Positions 9,254-18,885 of a stretch of 64,000 bases of DNA are shown one piece after another. Position 1 is the stretch's first letter. The number at the start of each line of letters is the position of its first letter. The stretch is taken from assembly GCA_050287845.1 (NCBI GenBank), contig JBNKCR010000012.1, positions 1 to 64,000 of the forward strand, written 5' to 3'. Source of the DNA: Polyangia bacterium. GTDB lineage: Bacteria; Myxococcota_A; Polyangia; JAAYKL01. The notes under the pieces are model-generated. The model ran no database searches, was not told the DNA's origin, and was given only the letters and a program-made list of their open reading frames with translations. Position numbers and translations under genes: made by a program.

Positions 9254-11782
9254 ATGAACATAAAAACAGTTAAAACAGGTTTATTTCTTCTGATTTTTAC
9301 AGCCAGCGCGGTCAGCAGCGCCCAGGAACTCGGGGGAGGGATGCAACTGAGCAAGCCTACGCTTACTCCCCCACAGTCTGAAGCCACTCCCGAGAATCCT
9401 TTTGAAAACGTTGTAAAGATAGGCGAAAAATACCACGACGAAATCGTTGTTGGCATAGAAGTCGAGGGTAACCGTCGTGTTGGCGCCGACGATATTCGGG
9501 CAAATATTGGCACTCGCAAGGGAATGAAGTACAACGCGGCGCGCATTGGCCGCGATATTGCCGCCATTTATAATCTTGGGTTTTTTGAAGATGTTCAGGT
9601 GTACATCAGTGAAGTGGAAGGCGGCGTATTGCTGAAATTTCAGCTCAGCGAGAAGCGCGCCATTCACGAGGTTCGTATTGAAGGCAACGATGAAGTTGAC
9701 GAAGAGGATATTCTGGAAGTGGTCGACCTCAAGGAAAATACGCCCCTTGATATTCCCACCGTTCACAGAAATGTTCAGAAAATAAAAGATTTATATGTCG
9801 AGAAAGGATATTTCCTTTCCGAGGTTACGTATCGTCTGGAAGCGGCCAGGGGTGAAAATGTTTTCGACGTGGTATTTGTGATTTCGGAGCATGCCGCAGT
9901 CGGTGTGAGAAAGATTACCTTTGTCGGCAACCATGCGATTTCTGATGCTGAAATTAACAGATACATGGCCACTCGGACCGGCGGACCATTTTCCGTGTTG
10001 ACGGATTCAGGCAAGTTCAATCGGGAACTGTTTGACCGGGACATGACCATGGTGCAGGCATTGTACTGGGACCAGGGATATATCAATGTTCAGGTTGGTA
10101 CGCCCAGGGTGGAACTGTCGGTGGATCGGCGTTACATCTTCCTTTCTGTACCCCTTGTGGAAGGTCCGCGGTACAAGGTTGGGCGAATCAATGTAGTGGA
10201 GCGGAATGCCGACGGCGATAAAATTGAACTGCTGGGGGGACGACGCCGGGTGCGCTCCATGGTGCAGACGGAGCGTGGTGCCTATTTCTCCCGAACTTCC
10301 GTGATGGCCGATGTGGACCGGATTACCCGTCATTACCAGGATGCCGGATATGCATATGCCAATGTGGATTTGAAAACACTTACCAACGAAGAAAACCGTA
10401 TTGTGGATTTGGTGCTCGAGGTTACCCGTGGACCAATGGTGTATTTTGAACGCATTGAATTGCAGGGAAATACAAAAACCAGAGACCGCGTGGCGCGGCG
10501 CCAACTGGTGATCTACGAGGGCGACAAGTACAGTCAGACCGGTATTGATGTGTCCAAAGGCCGAGTGACCCAGCTGGGCTTTTTTGAGTCTGTGGAAATT
10601 ACCACCCGGCCCGGGTCATCTCAGGACAAGGTCATCGTGACTGTCGAAGTGGTGGAAAAACACACGGGGCAATTCCAGGTGGGAATGGGATTCAGCACCG
10701 TTGAGACCTTCATTGCGCAGGCGCGGATTACCGAGCAGAATTTTTTGGGAAATGGGCAAACGGTTTCGCTCCAGGCCCAGATGTCCAAGATGAGACAGAT
10801 GTTCAATTTCGATTTCTGGGAGCCTCATTTTCTCGATTCAGACTGGACGCTGGCGTTTAAACTGTTCAATACAACGGTGGGATTGACAGACTACGCGAAA
10901 ACCTCCACCGGTGGCGAGCTGACGCTGGGGCATACGCTGGGAATTAGAGACCTTCAGCTCTACCTCAGTTATGATTTGCAATATGACAAGATAAATACCG
11001 GTGCCAACAGTGGACTGATAATTGGCGGCCAGCGGCAATCCAAGGTATTTTACGAGTTACCGTTGGCATATCTGTTCAAAGAGGGGTGGACGTCCTCCAT
11101 TACCACCAAGCTCGTGTACGATTTGCGCAATAACCGATTGTTTCCCACGAAGGGATCCTACAATTCAGCCGCCGTTGAACTGGCGAGTAAATATCTGGGG
11201 TCTGAATTTGATTTTACCCGGTACACACTGAATTCGAAATGGTATTTCCCGCTCATGTGGAAGCTTGTTTTCAGATTCAATGCGAATCTCGGACTCATCT
11301 ATTCCAATAACAATGAGGGGCTCCCCATCTCTTTGCGCTACCGTTCCGGTGGCATCATGGATGTTCGCGGATATTATCCCTGGTCGTTGGGGCCCAAGCT
11401 TTCGATTCCCACTTCTGCCAATCCCAGTGCCGAGCCCTATCCCGGAGGAATCAGCATCGGGGGCAATATGCGCGTGACGCTGAACACAGAAATTGAATTT
11501 CCGCTCATTGAGATGGCCAACATAAATGGTGTCGTTTTCTTTGACGCCGGTAACTCCTTCAATCTGGAAGACTCGTGGTGTCAGGCCGGTGGTGGTCGCG
11601 GCATCAATAAATATACCGATCCCTGTAACAAAAATCCTTTTTATCTGAGAACCTCAGTCGGATTTGGACTCCGATGGTTTTCTCCGATGGGACCGTTGCG
11701 TTTCGAATGGGGATTCCCGCTTAAACGGTATGAAAACGAGGACAACGCTCTTTTTGAGTTCACGTTCGGAAACTTCTTCTGA
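9254..11782 (+). CDS. bamA: Outer-membrane protein assembly factor BamA
   Basis: Five POTRA domains (IEVEGNRRV; GNTKTRDRV), VRGY motif, WFSPMGPLRFEWG, terminal F. Confidence 0.96.
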   Translation: MNIKTVKTGLFLLIFTASAVSSAQELGGGMQLSKPTLTPPQSEATPENPFENVVKIGEKYHDEIVVGIEVEGNRRVGADDIRANIGTRKGMKYNAARIGRDIAAIYNLGFFEDVQVYISEVEGGVLLKFQLSEKRAIHEVRIEGNDEVDEEDILEVVDLKENTPLDIPTVHRNVQKIKDLYVEKGYFLSEVTYRLEAARGENVFDVVFVISEHAAVGVRKITFVGNHAISDAEINRYMATRTGGPFSVLTDSGKFNRELFDRDMTMVQALYWDQGYINVQVGTPRVELSVDRRYIFLSVPLVEGPRYKVGRINVVERNADGDKIELLGGRRRVRSMVQTERGAYFSRTSVMADVDRITRHYQDAGYAYANVDLKTLTNEENRIVDLVLEVTRGPMVYFERIELQGNTKTRDRVARRQLVIYEGDKYSQTGIDVSKGRVTQLGFFESVEITTRPGSSQDKVIVTVEVVEKHTGQFQVGMGFSTVETFIAQARITEQNFLGNGQTVSLQAQMSKMRQMFNFDFWEPHFLDSDWTLAFKLFNTTVGLTDYAKTSTGGELTLGHTLGIRDLQLYLSYDLQYDKINTGANSGLIIGGQRQSKVFYELPLAYLFKEGWTSSITTKLVYDLRNNRLFPTKGSYNSAAVELASKYLGSEFDFTRYTLNSKWYFPLMWKLVFRFNANLGLIYSNNNEGLPISLRYRSGGIMDVRGYYPWSLGPKLSIPTSANPSAEPYPGGISIGGNMRVTLNTEIEFPLIEMANINGVVFFDAGNSFNLEDSWCQAGGGRGINKYTDPCNKNPFYLRTSVGFGLRWFSPMGPLRFEWGFPLKRYENEDNALFEFTFGNFF

Positions 11783-11914
11783 GTTGAAACGATTGGCGAC
11801 GACTTAGTTCTTTTTTTTACTTCTTTATATGAAAACACTTAATTTTTTCTAAATATTTTAGTAATCAGGCTGTCCAAGCGGTATGTGCTGGGGCTATCGA
11901 ACTATGAGGAGATT

Positions 11915-12457
11915 ATGAAAGCTGTAACAAAAAATACAAAAAAACTGTTTTGGGTTGTTCTATGCGCAGCCATGACATTTTCCATTACTCAAAAAGTATC
12001 TGCAGCTGATGTGAAGATTGCATTTGTCGATTTGAGACGGGCGCTGAATGAGACGAATGAAGGTAAGCGCGCGATGAAGAAGCTTCAGAAGGAAAAGGAT
12101 AAGCTTCAGAAGAAAATCGATCAGAAAGAGAAAAGCATTATGGCGATGCAGGAGAAGCTGAAGGAGCAACAGAGTATTCTCAGCCAGGATGCACTTCAGA
12201 AAAAAGCGCAGGAATACTATCAGGCAGTTCAGGAACTTCAGCAGAGTTATGGTCAGTTTCAGCAGGAACTGGCGCAAAAAGAAATGAAAGAAACCCAGAG
12301 CATTCTGATGAAGATGGAAACAATTGTTGCCGAAATTGGCAAAAAAGACGGGTACACCATGATTTACGACCGTTCGAGCGGTGCGGTTGTGTGGGCACCT
12401 TCTCATCTCGATTTGACAGATCAGCTGATTCAGCTGTACAACTCGAAGCACAAGTAG
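11915..12457 (+). CDS. skp: Periplasmic chaperone Skp/OmpH
   Basis: KIAFVD..coiled coil..GYTMIYD..DLTDQLI; directly after bamA. Confidence 0.93.
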   Translation: MKAVTKNTKKLFWVVLCAAMTFSITQKVSAADVKIAFVDLRRALNETNEGKRAMKKLQKEKDKLQKKIDQKEKSIMAMQEKLKEQQSILSQDALQKKAQEYYQAVQELQQSYGQFQQELAQKEMKETQSILMKMETIVAEIGKKDGYTMIYDRSSGAVVWAPSHLDLTDQLIQLYNSKHK

Positions 12458-12491
12458 TCGGAATTCTGCGGAACCCTCGGAAATTCATCAT

Positions 12492-12531
12492 ATAAAAAAT
12501 CCTGATGAGGTTTTCATCGGGATTTTTTTAT
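12492..12531 (+). terminator. Intrinsic terminator after skp
   Basis: AAAAAATCCTGATGA...TCATCGGGATTTTTTT hairpin with T tract. Confidence 0.8.
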
Positions 12532-12734
12532 GTTGCCCATCGCACGGTCAACATATTTGTATTCCCGGTAAACAGTGACTATTTTCCTTTACAACCTGTA
12601 TTCTAATATATTAAAGAGCGAGGTCTGAGCTGTCGGGAACGCACCTCATTCGGCCCATGAGCAGAGTGTTCCGCCATACAATATAAATATCAATAACTAT
12701 AGTGTGAACTATGAGACTAGACAGGTGATAAAAG

Positions 12735-15700
12735 ATGTCTGAGTATTTTAAGGATCAAGGATTGTATGAATCCAGAAGAGAGCACGATGCCTGCGGTATT
12801 GGTGCGGTTGCGAATATTTCAGGTGAGAAACAGCATGAAATAGTTCAACTGGGAAAACAGATTCTTCTCAATCTGGACCATCGAGGTGCCGCAAGCGCCG
12901 ACAATATCACGGGAGATGGTGCAGGAATTCTTTTTCAGATTCCGGATGAATTTTTGCGGGAAGAAGCGGCAAAACTTGGTATTTCATTGCCTGACACCAA
13001 TAAGTATGGCGTTGGCTTTGTTTTTGGGTCAAAAATTGAACGGATTCAGACGGCATGTAACCAGATTCTGGAAGATGCGGTCAAGTTTCATGGTCTTGAA
13101 GTTCTCGGTTGGCGAAGTGTACCGGTGAACCCGGATTGTCTCGGTGAAATCGCTCTTGAAGCAGAACCGGATTGTAAACTGATTTTTATTGGCGGCAATG
13201 GTCTCGAGGGGCTGGCACTGGAGCGAAAACTCTATCTGGCCCGTTGCCGTGCGGAGCGCCTTGTAGTGGAGCATTTCGGAGAGGAAGGGGAAGATTTTTA
13301 TCTGAGCAGCATGTCTTCCCGGACGATTTGTTACAAGGGTATGTTCATGGCCCACCAGCTTTTCGAATACTACCCCGATCTGAATGATAAACGCGTTAAA
13401 TCAGCACTGGCGCTCGTTCACCAGCGGTACAGCACCAACACCATGCCTAACTGGCGTCTGGCTCAGCCTTTCCGCTATCTGGCCCATAATGGTGAAATCA
13501 ATACGTTGAGTGGAAACGTGAATCAAATGAAGATTCGTGAAACGACCATTAAAAGCCGCGTTTTCCACGATGATTTGAATGAGTGTCTTCCGGTAATTAA
13601 TGCGACCGGCAGCGATTCAGCCTGTTTTGACAATATGCTGGAGTTTCTGGAGCTCAATGGCAGAAGTCTGCCTCACTCCATGATGATGATGATTCCGGAA
13701 GCCTTTGGTCCGAAATATCATATCAGCAGCTACAAGCGTTCTTTCTATGAATATCATGCATCCATTATGGAGCCATGGGACGGGCCGGCGGCAATGATTT
13801 TCTCGGACGGTCGAATTCTTGGGGGAACGCTGGATCGAAACGGATTGAGACCGGCACGATATCTGGTGACCACTGATGGACTTGTGGTGATGGGGAGTGA
13901 AACCGGCGTGGTGGAATTTCCACCGGAAAAAGTGGCCCAGAAAGGCCGCCTGAAACCCGGAAAAATGTTCCTGGTGGATACTGAGGAAAAGCGTATCATT
14001 ACGGACCACGAAATCAAAGGGAAGATTTCGAGACAGAAGCCGTATCACCGTTGGTTGGAAGATAACCGCATTGAGTTGCGCGGTCTGTTCGATGCATCCA
14101 GAAAACTGCCGATGGATCATGAGACCTATACCAGCCGGATGCGGCTTTTCGGTTACACGGAAGAAGATCTTGGAACCGTTCTGTTGCCAATGGCATTGAA
14201 TGGTCAGGAACCAATTGGTTCAATGGGAAATGATGAGCCTCTGGCCGCACTCTCCAGCAAACCACGGTTGCTCTACGATTATTTCAAACAATTGTTCGCA
14301 CAGGTGACCAATCCGCCGATTGATCCTTTAAGAGAGGCGCTGGTCATGAGTCTGATGAGCTTCACCGGACGTCGTCGGAATGTGCTCGAGGAAACTCCGG
14401 AGCATTGCAAGCAGCTGAAACTGCCTCATCCGATTCTGACCAATGAAGATATCACCCATCTGCGTCAGGTGAATCGGGATGATTTCAAGGTGTTTACCAT
14501 CACCTCGTTGTTTGATGCGACCGGTGAAGACTCGGAGAAAGCATTGAAGGACGGATTGGATGACATGGTTGCCCAGGCGGTGGAAGCCATTTCCAATGAC
14601 GCTTCTCTGTTGATTGTCAGCGACCGTGGCGCTTCCGAAAAAATGGCGCCCATTCCGTCGCTGCTGGCAACCAGTTATCTGCATAATCAGTTGATTGAGA
14701 AGCAACTTCGCAGCCAGGCCGGTATTATTGTTGAAAGCGGTGAACCCCGAGAAGTGATGCATTTCTGTCTCCTCACCGGTTGTGGCGCCAATGCGGTAAA
14801 TCCGTATATGGTGTTCGAAGCGTTCATGCAGCTGCAGCAACAGGGTGACATTCCGGCCAACACGACTGCTTCAAAGATTGTGGACAACTATATCAGCGCC
14901 ATCAAAAAGGGGATCCTGAAAACCATGAGCAAGATGGGAATCAGTACGCTCCGCAGTTATCATTCGGCACAGTTGTTTGAAGCCATCGGTCTTAACCGTG
15001 GCTTTATTGACGCCTTTTTTCCCGGGATCACTTCTCGCATCGGCGGCATCGGACTGAAAGAGGTTGCCAAAGATGTGATGGCGCGTCATGCCCGCGGCTA
15101 TTCAGATCCTCGACCTGGTGAAATGGATCTGGAACACGGTGGACGATATCATTACCGCAATGACGGTGAGACTCACAAATGGAATCCAACGACAATTGCC
15201 AAGCTGCAGCACGCGGTATTGAATGAGGACAGCAGTGCCTACAGCGAATTTGCAAAAGCGTGCAACGATGAATCCCAATCGCGACATACTATTCGCGGAC
15301 TTTTTGAGTTCAAGTCGACGTCACCGGTGCCATTGGACGAGGTGGAATCCGCTGAAAGCATCGTGAAAAGGTTCTGTACCGGTGCTATCAGTCACGGTTC
15401 GATTAGCGCAGAAGCGCACGAGTGCATGGCCGTTGCGATGAATCGAATTGGCGGAATGAGCAATACGGGTGAAGGCGGTGAGGACGAAAAACGGTACATT
15501 CCGGAAGCCAATGGGGATTCGAAAAACAGTGCGATTAAGCAGGTGGCCAGCGGACGATTTGGTGTAACCATCAATTATCTGGCTCATGCAAAAGAGATTC
15601 AAATCAAGATGGCCCAGGGCGCCAAGCCCGGCGAAGGCGGACAGCTTCCGGGGTACAAAGTTTCTGATGAAATTGCGAACCTGCGATATTCGACTCCCGG

Positions 15701-17291
15701 CGTCACATTGATTTCACCGCCGCCCCATCACGATATTTATTCTATCGAGGATTTGGCGCAGCTGATTTTCGATTTGAAGTGCGCGAACCCGGGGGCCAAA
15801 GTTTCTGTGAAACTGGTTTCGGAAGTTGGCGTGGGAACCATTGCCGCCGGCGTGGCCAAAGGAAACGCGGACGAAGTACTGATCAGCAGTCATGATGGTG
15901 GTACCGGCGCAAGTCCACTGTCTTCAATCAAGCACGCGGGATGTCCCTGGGAGCTCGGTATCGCTGAAGCACAGCAGGTTATGGTGATGAATAAACTTCG
16001 CGACCGGACCCGCCTTCAGGTGGATGGTGGTCTTCGGACAGGGCGGGATGTGGTGATTGGCGCTCTCCTGGGTGCAGAGCAATTCGGCTTTGGTACAGCG
16101 GTGCTTGTCTGTATGGGATGCACGCTTCTTCGTAAATGTCATATTGGTACGTGCTCATATGGTATTGCAACGCAGATTCCGGAATTGAGGGCACGTTTCC
16201 ACGGTAAACCCGAGTATATCACTCGCTATTTCATGTATATTGCAGAGGAAGTCCGCGTTCTGATGGCCCAGTTGGGGATGCGTAAGTTTGAGGAACTGGT
16301 GGGACGCTCAGATTTACTGGAGATGACCGCCGCACTGGATCACTACAAGGCGCAGGGACTGGATTTTACTGCCATCCTTCATCAGCCGAAAGTACCCGAG
16401 GGGACCGGCATCAGGCTGACCACGGAACAGCCCTATAAACTTGCGGATCATATCGATTGGAACCTGATTGAACAGGCGAAACCGGCTATTGAAAAAGGCG
16501 AAAAAGTGGTCATCGAGACCAGATTGAGAAATGTGAACCGCACGGTGGGGACCATTCTCAGCAATAAGGTGGTTCTCGCCCATGGTTCGAAGGGACTGCC
16601 GAACGATACCATCATGATTAACGCCAAAGGTACTGCCGGACAGAGCTTTGGTGCGTTCCTGGCACCGGGTATCACGTTGAATCTTGAAGGAGATACCAAC
16701 GACTATCTGGGCAAGGGACTTTGCGGTGGACGGATTATTGTCCGGACACCTGCAGCCGCCAGATATATAGCACATCAGAATATCGCCGTGGGCAATGCGT
16801 TGTTCTACGGCGCCACTCGCGGGGAAGCATTCCTCAATGGTGTGGCCGGGGAACGTTTCTGTGTTCGCAACAGTGGTGTGACTGCGGTTGTGGAAGGCGT
16901 GGGCGATCACGGCTGTGAATACATGACGGGTGGAACGGCAGTGGTGCTCGGCACTACCGGATGCAACTTTGCCGCTGGGATGAGTGGCGGTGTTGCATAC
17001 GTATTTGATGAAATGGAATTGTTTGACACCAACTGCAATCTTGAGATGGTGGATTTGGAGAACGTTTGGCGTGAAGAGGACGTGGCTTTGCTTCGCTCAC
17101 TCATTGAGAAACATCACAAATGGACCAATAGCCGTCGTGCAGAGTGGATACTCGAAAAATGGGAAGATATGATCGGCCGCTTCGTGAAGGTGATGCCAGT
17201 TGAATATGCAAAAGTGTTGCAGCGAATGAGAGAAGCTGAGGAAAGAAATGCAGATAGCACTTCTTTAACAGAGGAGGTATTCCGTGGGTGA
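12735..17291 (+). CDS. gltB: Glutamate synthase large subunit
   Basis: EHDACGIG N-terminal Cys, HQRYSTNT, EPWDGPA, QGAKPGEGGQLPG, 3Fe-4S Cys, GXGXG domain. Confidence 0.97.
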   Translation: MSEYFKDQGLYESRREHDACGIGAVANISGEKQHEIVQLGKQILLNLDHRGAASADNITGDGAGILFQIPDEFLREEAAKLGISLPDTNKYGVGFVFGSKIERIQTACNQILEDAVKFHGLEVLGWRSVPVNPDCLGEIALEAEPDCKLIFIGGNGLEGLALERKLYLARCRAERLVVEHFGEEGEDFYLSSMSSRTICYKGMFMAHQLFEYYPDLNDKRVKSALALVHQRYSTNTMPNWRLAQPFRYLAHNGEINTLSGNVNQMKIRETTIKSRVFHDDLNECLPVINATGSDSACFDNMLEFLELNGRSLPHSMMMMIPEAFGPKYHISSYKRSFYEYHASIMEPWDGPAAMIFSDGRILGGTLDRNGLRPARYLVTTDGLVVMGSETGVVEFPPEKVAQKGRLKPGKMFLVDTEEKRIITDHEIKGKISRQKPYHRWLEDNRIELRGLFDASRKLPMDHETYTSRMRLFGYTEEDLGTVLLPMALNGQEPIGSMGNDEPLAALSSKPRLLYDYFKQLFAQVTNPPIDPLREALVMSLMSFTGRRRNVLEETPEHCKQLKLPHPILTNEDITHLRQVNRDDFKVFTITSLFDATGEDSEKALKDGLDDMVAQAVEAISNDASLLIVSDRGASEKMAPIPSLLATSYLHNQLIEKQLRSQAGIIVESGEPREVMHFCLLTGCGANAVNPYMVFEAFMQLQQQGDIPANTTASKIVDNYISAIKKGILKTMSKMGISTLRSYHSAQLFEAIGLNRGFIDAFFPGITSRIGGIGLKEVAKDVMARHARGYSDPRPGEMDLEHGGRYHYRNDGETHKWNPTTIAKLQHAVLNEDSSAYSEFAKACNDESQSRHTIRGLFEFKSTSPVPLDEVESAESIVKRFCTGAISHGSISAEAHECMAVAMNRIGGMSNTGEGGEDEKRYIPEANGDSKNSAIKQVASGRFGVTINYLAHAKEIQIKMAQGAKPGEGGQLPGYKVSDEIANLRYSTPGVTLISPPPHHDIYSIEDLAQLIFDLKCANPGAKVSVKLVSEVGVGTIAAGVAKGNADEVLISSHDGGTGASPLSSIKHAGCPWELGIAEAQQVMVMNKLRDRTRLQVDGGLRTGRDVVIGALLGAEQFGFGTAVLVCMGCTLLRKCHIGTCSYGIATQIPELRARFHGKPEYITRYFMYIAEEVRVLMAQLGMRKFEELVGRSDLLEMTAALDHYKAQGLDFTAILHQPKVPEGTGIRLTTEQPYKLADHIDWNLIEQAKPAIEKGEKVVIETRLRNVNRTVGTILSNKVVLAHGSKGLPNDTIMINAKGTAGQSFGAFLAPGITLNLEGDTNDYLGKGLCGGRIIVRTPAAARYIAHQNIAVGNALFYGATRGEAFLNGVAGERFCVRNSGVTAVVEGVGDHGCEYMTGGTAVVLGTTGCNFAAGMSGGVAYVFDEMELFDTNCNLEMVDLENVWREEDVALLRSLIEKHHKWTNSRRAEWILEKWEDMIGRFVKVMPVEYAKVLQRMREAEERNADSTSLTEEVFRG

Positions 17292-18705
17292 TCCCAAGGG
17301 TTTTATTACTCATAAAAGAAAAAGTGTTTCGTATCGTCCCGTCGCGGAACGGGTACAGGATTACCAGGAAGTGGAAGTGTTCCTGACGCCCGATGATTTG
17401 ACGACTCAGGCATCCAGATGCATGGACTGTGGGATTCCATTCTGTCAGGGCAGCGGATGTTCTCTGGATAATCGGATTCCGGACTGGAACGATCTGGTAT
17501 ATCGGGGACAATGGAAGATGGCGTCGGAAAACCTGCATTCCACCAACAATTTTCCGGAATTTACCGGTCGCATCTGTCCAGCACCCTGCGAAATGGCGTG
17601 TACACTGAACGTGCATCAGGAGCCAGTACTTATCCGACACATTGAGTGCCAGATAGCGGAACGGGCGTTTGAAGAGGGGTGGGTAGTGCCATTGGTGCCC
17701 AGACAAAAGAGCGGAAAGCGCGTGGCAGTAGTGGGATCCGGACCGGCTGGTCTGGCGGCCGCCCAGCAGTTGGCGCGGTTTGGTCACGATGTGACGGTAT
17801 TTGAAAAAAGCGAAAAAATTGGAGGTCTTCTCCGATATGGTATTCCGGATTTCAAGCTTGACAAGTACGTAATCGATCGTCGTCTGAAACAGATGGAGGC
17901 TGAAGGGGTGACTTTCCGCGCCGGTGTGGAAGTGGGTACCGATATCTCGGCCCGTTATCTTCAGAAGATGTTTGATGTGACCTGTATTGCCATTGGTGCC
18001 GGGAACCCCCGGGATTTGCCGGTGGCTGGCCGGGAAGCCTCGGGCATTCACATGGCAATGGATTTCCTCAGCCAGCAGAACAAGCGCGTATCCAATGAAG
18101 TATTTGATGATGCGGATATTCTTGCCACTGACAAGCATGTCGTGGTGATTGGCGGCGGGGATACCGGGAGTGACTGCGTGGGGACGTCGCTTCGTCAGAA
18201 GGCCTCTTCTGTGACCCAGATTGAGATTCTCCCTAAACCGGCAGAGGGAATTGACCCGGAGAATCCCTGGCCGGATTGGCCTAAAATCATGCGCAGTTCT
18301 TCGTCGCATCTGGAAGGCTGCGATCGCAAGTGGAGTGTCATGACAAAATCCTTTGTGAATGCGAACGGTGCGGTGAAGGCCCTCAAATGCGTGAAAGTGG
18401 ATTGGGTGAAGGAGGATGGCCGCTGGATAATGAACGAAGTGCCGGGCAGCGAATTTGAGTTGAAAGCCGATTTGGTACTGCTGGCCATGGGATTTGTGCA
18501 TCCGGTACATGAAGGGTTGGTGAACGACCTGGACCTCGACCTCGATGACCGGGGAAATATTGTGACTTCCGGTCAGTTTCGGACGTCCAACGGAACCGTT
18601 TTTGCTGCAGGAGATGCAGTGATGGGCGCTTCCCTCGTACTCAGAGCCATCAAGCAGGGGCGCCTTGCTGCGGATGCCATCGACCGCTACCTGTCAAAAG
18701 CCTGA
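17284..18705 (+). CDS. gltD: Glutamate synthase small subunit
   Basis: RCMDCGIPFC, NNFPEFTGRICPAPCE, GSGPAGL, GGGDTGSDC; overlaps the gltB stop. Confidence 0.96.
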   Translation: MGDPKGFITHKRKSVSYRPVAERVQDYQEVEVFLTPDDLTTQASRCMDCGIPFCQGSGCSLDNRIPDWNDLVYRGQWKMASENLHSTNNFPEFTGRICPAPCEMACTLNVHQEPVLIRHIECQIAERAFEEGWVVPLVPRQKSGKRVAVVGSGPAGLAAAQQLARFGHDVTVFEKSEKIGGLLRYGIPDFKLDKYVIDRRLKQMEAEGVTFRAGVEVGTDISARYLQKMFDVTCIAIGAGNPRDLPVAGREASGIHMAMDFLSQQNKRVSNEVFDDADILATDKHVVVIGGGDTGSDCVGTSLRQKASSVTQIEILPKPAEGIDPENPWPDWPKIMRSSSSHLEGCDRKWSVMTKSFVNANGAVKALKCVKVDWVKEDGRWIMNEVPGSEFELKADLVLLAMGFVHPVHEGLVNDLDLDLDDRGNIVTSGQFRTSNGTVFAAGDAVMGASLVLRAIKQGRLAADAIDRYLSKA

Positions 18706-18723
18706 TTTCTTTATTCAAAACCC

Positions 18724-18752
18724 TTGACTGGGGTTTGGAGAACAATTATACA
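18724..18752 (+). promoter_or_regulatory. Possible sigma70-type promoter for glutamine synthetase
   Basis: TTGACT-17 bp-TATACA, about 130 bp upstream of ATG 18886. Confidence 0.35.
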
Positions 18753-18885
18753 AGTGGCGTTTGATTTTGCTGGAAGCATAAAGGCCCTTATTCTTCCAGT
18801 CCTACAACGTTTAATCATTACCGGCAAAATTAGTGTTATGTTGCGTGCGGATAGTCAAGTCCGTGGAAAGGAAAGGCAAAATACC

